A stretch of 19,000 nt of DNA from a bacterium. Its GTDB lineage: Bacteria; Eisenbacteria; RBG-16-71-46. The position numbers and the translations under genes were made by a program. Under the pieces are notes generated by a model, which was given only the letters and a program-made list of their open reading frames with translations, searched no databases and was not told where the DNA came from. Within the stretch, counting starts at the first letter, position 1; each line of letters starts with the position of its first letter. Of the stretch, positions 1 to 9,402 are shown in pieces. Location of the stretch: assembly GCA_043779265.1 (NCBI GenBank), contig JAYWEM010000131.1:1-19000 (forward strand), in the 5' to 3' direction.

Positions 1-1
1 G

Positions 2-2041
2 CCGGGGCCGGTGCCGGTCGGCGAGGGCTACGAGATCATCCCGAGCGATAATCGATACGGCTGCCTGACTGGCAACTGCGATCCGATCTTCGGATTCGGG
101 CCGATGATCCCCGAACTCATGGTCGGCCGACTGCCGATCAACTCGCCCACGCAGGCGCAGGCGATCGTGGCGAAGTTGCTCGCCTACGAGGACATCGGCG
201 CCGATGAGTCATGGCGCCGGCGCGTGTTGCTCTCGTCCGACGATGCCTACTCGGGAGAGTCGTTCTTCGGAGGCGGCGCCACCGGCAGCAACTACTGCCA
301 CCGCGACTACGAGGAGCGCTTCGTCTTCCTGGCCGACACGATGCGCGGCGTCATCCTGCGGGATGCGGGTCTCGCCCAGATGGAGGTCGAGAAGTTCGAT
401 CTGCGCTTCTACATGCCCAACGAGCCGTTCACCTACGTGCCGCCGGCCGATACCTGCCGACCCGATCGCGCCGAGACGCAGACCCGCGTGCACGGCAACG
501 TCACGCCGCAGCTGTTCTCCAAGCTGAGCCGCGGCGTCCTGTGGTGGAACTACCAGGGGCATGCCAACGAGTTCGTGCTCACGCATGAGGACCTGTACCG
601 CAACCTGGGCGACGGGCTCTCGGACGACAAGAACCTCCTGACCAACACGGGTAAGCCGTTCCTCTACTCGGCGTTCTCCTGCCACGCGAACATGTTCGCG
701 AGGCCCGAGAACCAGAACAACCTGGCGCAGGGCGCTTCGATCGGCGAGGACCTGGTGAATCTGCCGGATCGCGGCGCGATCGCATCGTGGGCCTCGGTGT
801 GCTTCGAGGTCGTACCGCGTGACGGCGCCAACCACGTGAACGTGGCCATGGCCCGCTCGATGTTCTCCGACCCGCCCCGCGACGAAGTGCTCGGCGAGCG
901 TGGCTCGCGCGTGATCCTGGGAGAGGCCCTGCTGGCCACGTTCCTTCGCTATCTGCCGACCGTTCAGAGCTACGCCTATGAGCGTGGACTGGCCACCACC
1001 TATGCGTTGCTCGGGGATCCCGCCACTCGCATGTCGATCGGTCGGCCCCAGAACATGCTGCTCGCCAATGACACGCCGGTGATCGATGCGCAGCCCATCC
1101 GGCTGCGCACGCCGGGCGACTCGCTCCGACTCGAGGCCCGGCTGGTCTCGACCGTGCGCCTCGATTCGCTGGGCATCTACCGCGTCAGCTCCGCGGGCGT
1201 CCAGCCGGTGGATGCGGCTGACTACACGGTGACGCCTCCTTTCCCCGACACCGCAGCGGGCGCTTCGCAGTTCGGCGGGCGCCGATTCACGGTCGTCCAT
1301 CGGACCACGCTGGCATCGCAGGATCAGCAGTTCACGGTCGTCGTGCGGGATCGCGATGGTCGCGAGAGTCGCACCACGGCGAGCTTCACCGTGACCGTGG
1401 TGCTGCGCGTCGATGGCACGCCCATCAACGATGGCGATGCGGTCTCACCGGTCGCCAACCTGTCCCTGCTGTTGCTGTCACCGGCCCCGCTCGCCCCGAA
1501 CAGCGATCTGACGCTGCTCATCAACGGTCAGCCACAGGCGTTCTCCGCCGTGGCCAACCCCGGCGACGCCTCGGGCCGCGAGTGGCTGCTGTCGTGGGTG
1601 CACGATGCCTACCCGATCGATCAGTACGAGGTCCGACTCGACATCGCGGGTGGGCCGTCGCCGATCCGTCGCTTCCGCGTCTCGACCGCGGCCGGCGAAC
1701 TCCAGTTGTCGAACCTGATGGCCTTCCCCAATCCGTTCGACAACGACGGCACCGCGCTCAGCTTCAGCCTGCTCGGATCGGAACCCGCGGACGCCAGGGT
1801 CTCGGTGTTCACGCTCAGCGGCCGTGTGATCCAGTCGTTCGTGGTGCCGGCGCTCGCTCCCGGCTACCATCAGATCCGCTGGGATGGCCGCGACGCCGAG
1901 GGCGGTGATCTGGCCAATGGCATCTACTTCTATCGACTCACGGCGGTGACGCTCTCGGGCGCCCGCGTCGAACAACTGGGACGCCTCGTCAAGCTGCGCA
2001 AGCCGCGTCGCGTGGTCGAGGAGGAGCCAGCAGCGCCCTGA
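2..2041 (+). CDS. C25 family cysteine peptidase (gingipain/PorU-like) with C-terminal FlgD-Ig/T9SS type A-like sorting domain; 5' end lies outside the window
   Basis: Frame is open from base 2. C25 motifs: PELMVGRLP, WNYQGHA (His codon 560-562), AFSCHA (Cys codon 680-682), GAIASWAS, YALLGDPA. The C-terminal block LSNLMAFPNPF...VFTLSGRVI...WDGRDAEGGDLANGIYFYRL...RLVKLR is typical of FlgD-Ig/T9SS CTDs. Confidence 0.85.
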   Translation, partial: PGPVPVGEGYEIIPSDNRYGCLTGNCDPIFGFGPMIPELMVGRLPINSPTQAQAIVAKLLAYEDIGADESWRRRVLLSSDDAYSGESFFGGGATGSNYCHRDYEERFVFLADTMRGVILRDAGLAQMEVEKFDLRFYMPNEPFTYVPPADTCRPDRAETQTRVHGNVTPQLFSKLSRGVLWWNYQGHANEFVLTHEDLYRNLGDGLSDDKNLLTNTGKPFLYSAFSCHANMFARPENQNNLAQGASIGEDLVNLPDRGAIASWASVCFEVVPRDGANHVNVAMARSMFSDPPRDEVLGERGSRVILGEALLATFLRYLPTVQSYAYERGLATTYALLGDPATRMSIGRPQNMLLANDTPVIDAQPIRLRTPGDSLRLEARLVSTVRLDSLGIYRVSSAGVQPVDAADYTVTPPFPDTAAGASQFGGRRFTVVHRTTLASQDQQFTVVVRDRDGRESRTTASFTVTVVLRVDGTPINDGDAVSPVANLSLLLLSPAPLAPNSDLTLLINGQPQAFSAVANPGDASGREWLLSWVHDAYPIDQYEVRLDIAGGPSPIRRFRVSTAAGELQLSNLMAFPNPFDNDGTALSFSLLGSEPADARVSVFTLSGRVIQSFVVPALAPGYHQIRWDGRDAEGGDLANGIYFYRLTAVTLSGARVEQLGRLVKLRKPRRVVEEEPAAP

Positions 2042-2099
2042 GCCGTGGTTTCGCGGAGCCGGGTCCTGCCGGCGGGTCCGCTGACCGGAGGTCCTGCTC

Positions 2100-4034
2100 G
2101 TGACGCTCAAGCGCCTCGCGCTGCTCGCGCTCTTGCTGTTCTGCCCGCCCGCCACCGCACGGTCGGCGCCTCTGCCCGCGGCAATGGCCCGGGCGATCGC
2201 CATCGCCGAGGACCAGCGACGCCTCGAGCCCGTGCTGTCCGAGGCGCTTGGTGCTGCGGAGGCCGAGGTGAGGGCGCGAGCCCTGCGCGCGGTCGGCCGG
2301 CTCCAGGATTCCACGACGGTGCCCGCCGTGATCGCACTGCTCAAGGATCGCGACGTCACGGTCCGCCGCGAAGCCGTTTTCGCCTTGGGTCAGATCGGCC
2401 ATCGCTCGGCGCGAGAGGCGCTCGAGTCGTCACTGCTCGATCGCGATCCCGAGGCGCGTGGTCTCGCGGTCGAGGCGTTGGGCAAGCTGCTCGACAAGGC
2501 CGCCACCTATCGCGTGAGCACGTTCCTGCGGGCGCAGTCGCCGGCGCATCGGCGCCACGCGGCAATGGCCCTGTGGCGGCTCGCGGACACGACGTCGGCG
2601 GATGCGCTCATCGCACGGCTCGACGACCCCGATGTCTCGGTGCGCTGGCGCGTCGTGTTCGCCCTCGAGCGCCTGCCGCTGCCGGTGAAGCTCGTGCCGG
2701 TGGTCGCTCCCCTGCTCGCCGATCGCGATCCGCTGGTGCGGGCCCATGCTGCGCGCACACTGGGGCGGCTCCGCTCATCGCTTGCGACCGGTGCGTTGTT
2801 GCAGGCGCTCGGCGATCCCGATGCGCCCACCGTGGTCAACGCCATCCGTGCGCTGCAACAGGTGGCGGACTCGTCCCACTCCGCCGCGGCGAGCGCCCTG
2901 GCGAGGCTGCTGTCGTCGCATGCCGATCCACACGTGCGCGTCACTGCGGCCACGGCGCTCGCAGATGGCTTCGCCTGGGCGCGAGCGCGCCCGGACGAGG
3001 CGGAGCAGGCGCAGGTGGCGCTCGATGCCGGCCTGCGCGATCCCGATGCGGCGACGCGCGGTGCGTGCGCCCGCGCGCTGCTGGTGCGAAACGGGTTCGA
3101 GTGGTGGAAGCGCGTCTCCGCGGCCGCCGAGGACTCGATCGTGTATGTGCGCACGGCGGCGCTCGAGGGGCTGCGCTCGATGCGCGAGAGCGAGACCAGC
3201 ACACTCGCCACGCAGGTGGCGCGTGAACTCGATCGCGCCATGGCGCCCACTCGGCCACTGTTCGAACGCATGACCGCGATCGACATCCTGGGTGCTCTGG
3301 CGGCTCGCCATCGCGGCAGCGCCTACTCGGAGCGTCTGCCCCGCCTGCGTGCACTGCTCGCCGATCCCGAGCAGATGGTGGTCGCCGCCAGTGCCGGGGC
3401 GCTCGCCGAGGCGGGCGACTCCACGAGCGTTCCCCAGTTGGAGCGCGCCTACGCGGCGCGCGCGCAGGACGCCGATGCCGATGCCCGAATCTCGATCCGC
3501 GATGCGCTGCGAGCGCTGGCGGGACGTGAGCGGGCGGACGCGATCGAGAAGGCCCATCCCGCCAAGGCGGCGCCGAGCGAGCACGCGGCCGGATTCGAGG
3601 CTCCGCCGACGACGCGAGGCGCGAGGCTTCACACCCGCGCCGGGGTGATCGAGTGGACGTTCCTTGCCGAGGAGGCGCCGCAGACCGTGCGCAACTTCGT
3701 GACGCTGGCCCGGCGCGGCTACTTCGATGGCCTTCGCGTCCACCGCGTCGTCCCGGACTTCGTGATCCAGGACGGCGATCCCACGGGCACGGGCTCGGGC
3801 GGCCCCGGCTACTCGATCCGCTGCGAGTACAACATGCAGCGCTACGAATCGGGCATGGTCGGCATGGCGCTCTCGGGCAAGGACACCGGCGGCAGCCAGT
3901 GGTTCATCTCACTCTCGCCGCAGCCGCACCTCGATGGCCGCTACACGATCTTCGCCCAGGTCCGAGTCGGACTCGATGTGGCGAGGCGCATCGTGCAGGG
4001 GGACCGGATCGAGCGAGTCGAGTTGATCGACTGA
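2100..4034 (+). CDS. Secreted HEAT-repeat protein fused to a C-terminal cyclophilin-type peptidyl-prolyl isomerase
   Basis: GTG start with GGAGG at 2087-2091. Signal peptide MTLKRLALLALLLFCPPATARSA. Many D-P-x-V-R-x-x-A-x-x-A-L-G HEAT units. Cyclophilin motifs APQTVRNF, HRVVPDFVIQDGDPTGTGSGGPGY, GMA, DTGGSQWFI, PHLDGRYTIF. Confidence 0.9.
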   Translation: MTLKRLALLALLLFCPPATARSAPLPAAMARAIAIAEDQRRLEPVLSEALGAAEAEVRARALRAVGRLQDSTTVPAVIALLKDRDVTVRREAVFALGQIGHRSAREALESSLLDRDPEARGLAVEALGKLLDKAATYRVSTFLRAQSPAHRRHAAMALWRLADTTSADALIARLDDPDVSVRWRVVFALERLPLPVKLVPVVAPLLADRDPLVRAHAARTLGRLRSSLATGALLQALGDPDAPTVVNAIRALQQVADSSHSAAASALARLLSSHADPHVRVTAATALADGFAWARARPDEAEQAQVALDAGLRDPDAATRGACARALLVRNGFEWWKRVSAAAEDSIVYVRTAALEGLRSMRESETSTLATQVARELDRAMAPTRPLFERMTAIDILGALAARHRGSAYSERLPRLRALLADPEQMVVAASAGALAEAGDSTSVPQLERAYAARAQDADADARISIRDALRALAGRERADAIEKAHPAKAAPSEHAAGFEAPPTTRGARLHTRAGVIEWTFLAEEAPQTVRNFVTLARRGYFDGLRVHRVVPDFVIQDGDPTGTGSGGPGYSIRCEYNMQRYESGMVGMALSGKDTGGSQWFISLSPQPHLDGRYTIFAQVRVGLDVARRIVQGDRIERVELID

Positions 4035-4050
4035 AGTTCGAGCCCCGAAT

Positions 4051-4092
4051 GGCGAAGGGCCGGCTCTCCAGTGGGAGGCGCGGCCCTTCGCC
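4051..4092. terminator. Hairpin between convergent genes, probable bidirectional terminator
   Basis: Perfect 12-bp inverted repeat GGCGAAGGGCCG (4051-4062) / CGGCCCTTCGCC (4081-4092) between stops at 4034 (+) and 4109 (-). No long U-tract. Confidence 0.65.
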
Positions 4093-4108
4093 GTGTTCCA
4101 GGCGGCGA

Positions 4109-4546
4109 TCAGGTCAGGATCGTGCCATCTCGGTCGCGCGGTCCACGGAACCACGAGATCTCATCGTGCGTGCCCGTGCTCATGCGCAGGAGCGTGCCAA
4201 GACCGGGCACCGCGGGAACCTTGAGTTCGATCGACTTCTCGGCCGGCTTCTCGGTCCGCTCGACGATCGGCATCGCCTTCTTGACGGCGACTGGAGCCGG
4301 AGCCACCGAAGGCGCGGGCACCGTGCGCTTCACGACCTGTGCACGGGCCGCTGGGCGAGCGTTGGCGGAAGCGGAAGCAGGGGGCGCGGGACCTGTCACC
4401 GCAGCAACGGCTGTCGTGATCTTGACCGGGCGCGTGCAACGCGCCGGCGAGTCCTCGCAGGAACCTGCTTCTGCAAGGAGCGGCGTGGCGGCGAGCAGTG
4501 TGACCGTGAAGCTGATGCGGGCAAGGAGATTCGTGGATCGGTTCAT
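4109..4546 (-). CDS. Small secreted hypothetical protein, Ala/Pro-rich (145 aa)
   Basis: ATG preceded by GGGAGG. Signal peptide ending LAEA. Upstream extended -10 and downstream hairpin support expression. Confidence 0.6.
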   Translation of the reverse strand: MNRSTNLLARISFTVTLLAATPLLAEAGSCEDSPARCTRPVKITTAVAAVTGPAPPASASANARPAARAQVVKRTVPAPSVAPAPVAVKKAMPIVERTEKPAEKSIELKVPAVPGLGTLLRMSTGTHDEISWFRGPRDRDGTILT

Positions 4547-4589
4547 CGAGCCCTCCCGTCGCTCTGCCGGTCAGCGGCGACGTGCGGCG

Positions 4590-4598
4590 ACGCTAGCA
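4590..4598 (-). promoter_or_regulatory. Putative extended -10 promoter (TGcTAGCGT) for the 4109-4546 gene
   Basis: Minus strand reads TGCTAGCGT, matching TGn-TANNNT, 43 nt before the ATG. Confidence 0.45.
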
Positions 4599-4696
4599 CA
4601 TGGCATCGTGGACGCGGGCAGGAATTCGCTCGGAAGTGGTTCTGCCAGCGCGTGTTGCGCCACTGGATGTCAGGTGACGGTCAAGCCGGGCAGGTC

Positions 4697-5605
4697 TCAG
4701 ACATCTCGCTGATCGAACGGCCGACCGAGTGCGCGCGGTGCGACCGCCCGGCCGATGAAGCCCGCCAGCGCCAGCATCGTGATGGCGTAGGGAAGTGCCT
4801 GGAGGATCTCGCTCGGGAATCCCGAGCCCTGCAGCGAGATCTGGGCGGCCTCGGCGAGTCCGAACAACAGGCAGGCTGCGGCGGCACCGATGGGATGCCA
4901 CTTGCCCACGATCATGGCCGCCAGTGCGATGTAGCCCCGCCCGCCCGTCATCCCATCGGTGAACGAATGCTGCTCGCTCGCGAGCCACGCGCCTCCGAGG
5001 GCCGCCAGCACTCCGCACCCCAGCACCCCGGCCCAGCGCAGCCGCGCGACCGAGAGCCCGAGCGCCGCCACCGCCTCGGGATGCTCGCCGGTCGCTCGCA
5101 GGCGCAGTCCGAATGGGGTCCGGAACATCAGCCACGCGGTGAGAGGGACCAGTGCGAGTGTGATCAGGACGAGCGGCGAGCCGAGCAGCGGGCCGATGCC
5201 GGGGATCTCGAGGAGCGGGCCCAGCGGAACGTCCGGGAGTCCGACCACTCGCGGCGAGTTGCTGCTCGAGTCGAACATGCGCTGGAGCAGGAACCGCGTC
5301 AGGCCGGCGGCGAACAGATTGATCCCGAGCCCGCTCGTGATCTGGTCCGCTTTGAAGTGAACGGTGACCAGCGCATGCAGCGAGGCGGTCACGAGGCCGG
5401 CTCCCGCCGCCGCCAGCAATCCGATCCACGGGTTGCCGGTCGCATGCGCGGCGGCGACGTAGGCGAACGCGCCGTTCAACATGAGACCCTCGAGGGCGAT
5501 ACAGATGACGCCGCCTCGCTCGCTCAAGCTGGCGCCCATGGCCGCCAGCGCGTAGGGCACACTGATCCGCAGCGCGGCGGCGGCGAACAGCAGGGCGTCG
5601 ATCAT
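4697..5605 (-). CDS. ABC transporter permease, nucleoside/sugar (CUT2, BPD_transp_2; YufQ-like)
   Basis: Hydrophobic 302 aa. Motifs SERGGVICIALEGLMLNGA, RTPFGLRLRATGEHP, GRGYIALAAMIVGKW, LPYAITMLAL. ATGA overlap with the upstream permease. Confidence 0.93.
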   Translation of the reverse strand: MIDALLFAAAALRISVPYALAAMGASLSERGGVICIALEGLMLNGAFAYVAAAHATGNPWIGLLAAAGAGLVTASLHALVTVHFKADQITSGLGINLFAAGLTRFLLQRMFDSSSNSPRVVGLPDVPLGPLLEIPGIGPLLGSPLVLITLALVPLTAWLMFRTPFGLRLRATGEHPEAVAALGLSVARLRWAGVLGCGVLAALGGAWLASEQHSFTDGMTGGRGYIALAAMIVGKWHPIGAAAACLLFGLAEAAQISLQGSGFPSEILQALPYAITMLALAGFIGRAVAPRALGRPFDQRDV

Positions 5606-6642
5606 GACCAGCGCCTCGAGACGCGTTCCAGCACCGCCTGGGCCGAGATGGCGAACAGGATCACGAGCGCCTCGAGCACATCGACCAGCTCACGCGGTAC
5701 GCGCTGGTTCGCGACCAATCCGCCGTAGCTCAGCGCGCCGAAGAACAGCGCCGCGATCACGACTCCCAACGGATGATTGCGGCCGAGGAGCGCGACGGCG
5801 ATGCCGAGGAATCCCGCGCCGCCGGTGAACCCGAGTTCGAAGTAGCCCTTGTAGCCGAGCACGAAGTTGACGCCTCCGAGCCCGGCGACCGCGCCCGAGA
5901 GCGTCATCGCCAGCACCTGCGCGCCGCCGATCGAGATGCCGCCGTAGGCCGCCGCCGATGGGTTCGCGCCGATCGCGCGCAGGTCGTAGCCGATCCGCGT
6001 GCGGAACAGCAGCACACCGACGACCACGGCGAGCAGTACGCCGAGAGCGAGCGAGAGGTTCACGGGCGCGCCCCGCAGCGCCGGGGCGAACACGTCCAGG
6101 CGTGCGAGGCCGGCCGCCGGATCGATGGTCGGGGTGCGCAGCGTCGCCTCGACGAACAGTCGCCGCCCGAGCCACGAGACGAGCGAGAAGGCGATGAAAT
6201 TGAGCATGATCGTGTTGATCACCTCGTGAGCGCCGAAGCGTGCCTTGAGCAGGCCGGGGACGGCTCCCCACAGCGCGCCGGCCGCGATGGCCGCGGCGAG
6301 CGAGGCGATCAGCAGCAGCGGGCCCGGCAGGCCGGCGTGCGCGCCGACGAGTGCCGCTGCCAGGCCACCCATCAGCATCTGGCTCTCGACGCCGATGTTG
6401 AACAGACCGGCGCGGAAGGCGAGCGCCACCGCGAGGCCGGTGAACAGGAGCGGCGTGGCGCGGAAGAGCGTCTGCCCGAATCCGTAGCCGGTGCCGAAGG
6501 CCTCACGCGCCATCAGGCCATAGATCGCCGAGGGGGACTCGCCGATCATCGCGATGAACACCGCCCCGGCCCCGAGTGCGAGCGTGATCGCGACGAGCGG
6601 CGCGGCGATCGCCAGCGTGAGCGTGCGGAGTCGGGTGCTCAC
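5602..6642 (-). CDS. ABC transporter permease, nucleoside/sugar (YufP-like)
   Basis: Motifs AFRAGLFNIGVESQ, LKARFGAHEVINTIMLNF, GANPSAAAYGGI, GFLGIAVALLGRNHP. GTGA overlap with the ATPase stop. Confidence 0.93.
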   Translation of the reverse strand: MSTRLRTLTLAIAAPLVAITLALGAGAVFIAMIGESPSAIYGLMAREAFGTGYGFGQTLFRATPLLFTGLAVALAFRAGLFNIGVESQMLMGGLAAALVGAHAGLPGPLLLIASLAAAIAAGALWGAVPGLLKARFGAHEVINTIMLNFIAFSLVSWLGRRLFVEATLRTPTIDPAAGLARLDVFAPALRGAPVNLSLALGVLLAVVVGVLLFRTRIGYDLRAIGANPSAAAYGGISIGGAQVLAMTLSGAVAGLGGVNFVLGYKGYFELGFTGGAGFLGIAVALLGRNHPLGVVIAALFFGALSYGGLVANQRVPRELVDVLEALVILFAISAQAVLERVSRRWS

Positions 6643-8219
6643 GCGAGCGGCTCGGGTGCCTGCGTGTGGGGCAGGGGGGAATCGATCAGAGAGGCGCGCC
6701 CGGTCATGTGCAGCCCCAACGTGCGCTCATCCGTGGAACCGGGCGTCGTCTCATGCACGATCCGCCCTTCGTACAGCACGCACAGGCGATCGCTCACCGC
6801 GAGGAGTTCGGACAACTCGCTCGAGACGAGCAGCACCGCGAGGCCGGCATCGCGAGCCTCGATGAGGCGACGATGGATCGCATCGATCGCCCCGAGATCC
6901 ACGCCGCGCGTGGGGTGCGCCGCGATCAGCGCGCACGTCGCCTGGCTGCCGCCGGCGGCGAAGCCGAGCTCGCGAGCTGCGATCAGTTTCTGTTGGTTGC
7001 CACCCGACAATCGGCTGGCGCGCACGCGAGGATCCGGCGGGCGGACATCGAACGATTCGAGCGGGCCCTCGGCGCTGCGTTCGAGCGCCGCGCCCCCGAG
7101 CCAAGGCCCCTTTCCCACGCGCGCGTCATGCTGTCGGCCGAGCACGAGGTTCTCGGCCAGCGTCATGTCGGCGATCAGGCCCCGATCCAGCCGGTCGCTC
7201 GGGATGTTGGCGAGCCCCGCGGCGCGCACGTCGCGCGCGGGCGCGCGTGTCACGTCGCGGCCACCCACGCTCACGCGTCCGCTGGTCGGCGTGCGCAGTC
7301 CCGTGAGCGCCTCGAGCAGTTCGTGCTGGCCATTGCCCTCGACGCCCGCGATGCCGAGGATCTCGCCGGCGCGAACCGCCAGCGACAGGCCGGCCACCGC
7401 CTGCGCGCCTCGGTCATCGAGCACCTCGAGCGAGGCGGCTTCGAGTGCCACATCGCCCGCGGCTCTCGCAGAGCGCGCCTGCAGTGGCGCCAGCACGCGG
7501 CCCACCATGAGTTCGGCGATGCGCTCGCGGCTCATCTCGCTGGCACGGCCGTCCCCGACGACGCGCCCCTGCCTCAGCACGGTGACGTGGTCGGCCAGCG
7601 CGCCCACCTCCTGCAGCTTGTGCGTGATCAGCACGATCGAGGTGCCCTGCGAGCGCAGCGTGCGAAGCAGCGCGAACAGTTCATCCACTTCCTGCGGCGT
7701 CAGCACGGCAGTCGGCTCATCGAGGATCAGGATGCGTGCACCGCGGTACAGCGCCTTGAGGATCTCGACGCGCTGCTGCTGCCCGACCGAGAGGTCGGCG
7801 ATTCTCGCTTGCGGCTCGACCGGCAGCCCCAGTCGCAAGGCGCGCTCGGCCACGTCGCGTTCGGCCTTCGCGCGGTCGAACGCGCCGAGTGCACGCCGTG
7901 GCTCGCGGCCGAGGACGACGTTCTCGGCGACGCTCAGCGAGTCCACCAGGAGGAAGTGCTGGTGCACCATACCGAGGCCGCGCGCGAGGGCGTCCTCGGG
8001 CGAGCCGAAGCGAACGCTGTGGCCGTCGAGGAGGATTCGGCCGGACTCGGGTGCGTGCAGGCCGAACAGCACCTTCATGAGCGTGCTCTTGCCCGCGCCG
8101 TTCTCGCCCACCAGCGCATGCACCTCGCCCGGCACCAGCGTCAGCGAGATCGCGTCATTGGCCACGAAACGGCCGAAGCGCTTGGTGACACGGTCGAGAA
8201 CGACCTCGGGGGTGGACAT
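6639..8219 (-). CDS. ABC transporter ATP-binding protein with two NBDs, nucleoside/sugar type (YufO-like)
   Basis: Walker A GENGAGKST, MVHQHF, LSVGQQQRVEILKAL, ILDEPTAVL. Second NBD has LSGGNQQK and HPTRGVD. Start moved to ATG 8219 (MSTPEVVL), where the family N-terminus begins and a promoter sits just upstream. Confidence 0.95.
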   Translation of the reverse strand: MSTPEVVLDRVTKRFGRFVANDAISLTLVPGEVHALVGENGAGKSTLMKVLFGLHAPESGRILLDGHSVRFGSPEDALARGLGMVHQHFLLVDSLSVAENVVLGREPRRALGAFDRAKAERDVAERALRLGLPVEPQARIADLSVGQQQRVEILKALYRGARILILDEPTAVLTPQEVDELFALLRTLRSQGTSIVLITHKLQEVGALADHVTVLRQGRVVGDGRASEMSRERIAELMVGRVLAPLQARSARAAGDVALEAASLEVLDDRGAQAVAGLSLAVRAGEILGIAGVEGNGQHELLEALTGLRTPTSGRVSVGGRDVTRAPARDVRAAGLANIPSDRLDRGLIADMTLAENLVLGRQHDARVGKGPWLGGAALERSAEGPLESFDVRPPDPRVRASRLSGGNQQKLIAARELGFAAGGSQATCALIAAHPTRGVDLGAIDAIHRRLIEARDAGLAVLLVSSELSELLAVSDRLCVLYEGRIVHETTPGSTDERTLGLHMTGRASLIDSPLPHTQAPEPLA

Positions 8220-8229
8220 GAGGGGCGAG

Positions 8230-8258
8230 AGCCTAAGCGGGTGCGCACGGCCGGGCAA
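8230..8258 (-). promoter_or_regulatory. Putative sigma70 promoter for the ABC operon
   Basis: Minus strand TTGCCC (8258-8253) - 17 nt - TAGGCT (8235-8230), 10 nt before ATG 8219. No Shine-Dalgarno. Confidence 0.55.
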
Positions 8259-8280
8259 AGACCCACGGGGGCGAACGTCC

Positions 8281-8324
8281 ACGCGCTCGGGTGGGTCGTC
8301 TCACGATGACCCACCCGAGCGCGT
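8281..8324 (-). terminator. Long hairpin after the 8343-9098 gene, probable terminator
   Basis: 20-bp inverted repeat ACGCGCTCGGGTGGGTCGTC / GATGACCCACCCGAGCGCGT with one mismatch and a 4-nt loop, 18 nt past the stop codon. Confidence 0.65.
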
Positions 8325-8342
8325 TCGATTCGACGTTTCAGG

Positions 8343-9098
8343 CTACCGATAGAGCGACTTGATGCGCCCCCACGTCGACTTGCCCAGCGACGTGATCCCG
8401 TCGGGAACGAACCCGATATTGGCCCCGATGCCATCACCACGAATGCCACTGTGCACGATCGTGATGGACGAGACCGGGTCGTCGATGCGCACGATGGCCA
8501 ACTGCGAGTTCCAGTGGGGGTTCACGCCGCCGGGAGCGGTCATGGAATTCTGGACCGTGAACGTGCCGGCGCCGGGCGTGAACAGCGACGGACCGAACCC
8601 GCCCGCTCCGGCGAAGTCGCCGAGGAACGTGCCGTTCTGGTTGACCGTCATCGTGGATGCGCCCCCTCCGAAACTCGTGGTCGCGCCGAGTCCGATGGTC
8701 CCGACGTAGACGGTGCCCGCGGAAAGCGTCGCGGGGAACGTGTAGGTCACCGTGCTGACGATCGGCACGATCGGGTCGGGACCGCTGTTCAGGATCGTCC
8801 CGAAGTACTCGTAGTTCGTCCACTGGTACGTGTTCGGCCCGCTCACGACACTGCCGATCGTGAAGGACGGGCTCGTCGATCGCGTATCACTGACGTTGGC
8901 ACCGATGGATTTGGTCACCGTCACGTTGCCGACGCCGGCGACGACGAAGACCGAGGCGTTGGGGACCGGGGTGGTGATCGCCGTCGGGGACATGTCCAGC
9001 CAGGCGATGTTGATCGTGGCCGCTCCCGCGGTCGTCGCGCAGAGCGTGAAGCAGAGCAACATGACGAAGGCGTTGCGTACGTTTCGCATCGTGTGCAT
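8343..9098 (-). CDS. Secreted Thr/Gly/Ser-rich hypothetical protein (251 aa) with C-terminal STWGRIKSLYR tail
   Basis: AGGAG 5 nt before ATG 9098. Signal peptide ...AFVMLLCFTLCATTAGA. Beta-strand-like mature region, strong GC3 codon bias. Confidence 0.85.
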   Translation of the reverse strand: MHTMRNVRNAFVMLLCFTLCATTAGAATINIAWLDMSPTAITTPVPNASVFVVAGVGNVTVTKSIGANVSDTRSTSPSFTIGSVVSGPNTYQWTNYEYFGTILNSGPDPIVPIVSTVTYTFPATLSAGTVYVGTIGLGATTSFGGGASTMTVNQNGTFLGDFAGAGGFGPSLFTPGAGTFTVQNSMTAPGGVNPHWNSQLAIVRIDDPVSSITIVHSGIRGDGIGANIGFVPDGITSLGKSTWGRIKSLYR

Positions 9099-9402
9099 GG
9101 GGACTCCTGTCTTGGGATCCAATCGAGTCTCAGACCACGTGCAATCGCGCGTGTCGGCATGGTGGATGCGGCCACCCACTCAGGCAGTAGGCGGGCGCAG
9201 CACGACGCGGGTCAAGGAGTGATTCGCGCCTGATGCGAGTGGCTCGACTCGACATGACAATGGAGTCTCGACAAGTTGCGCAGGGCTTCCAGAAGTTCGA
9301 CATCACCTCACGCCGGGCAGGACGCTGCGTGCCTGACTTGGCGTATCGTGCGCGGGCGTTCACGATGCCTGCTTCGTGCCTGGGATCCGGAGACCATCGT
9401 CC

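Noticed and set aside
3653..5728. 691-aa plus-strand ORF
   Set aside because: Overlaps the cyclophilin out of frame, crosses a terminator hairpin and is antisense to a permease. No recognisable domain.
5773..8352. 859-aa plus-strand ORF, and the 547-aa ORF at 6666-8309
   Set aside because: Antisense shadows of the ABC permease and ATPase genes. Arg/Ala/Ser-rich with no motifs, as expected in high-GC DNA.
9099..9402. Riboswitch or ncRNA in the divergent intergenic region
   Set aside because: No recognisable aptamer consensus or strong stem by eye. An Rfam/Infernal scan would be needed to exclude it.
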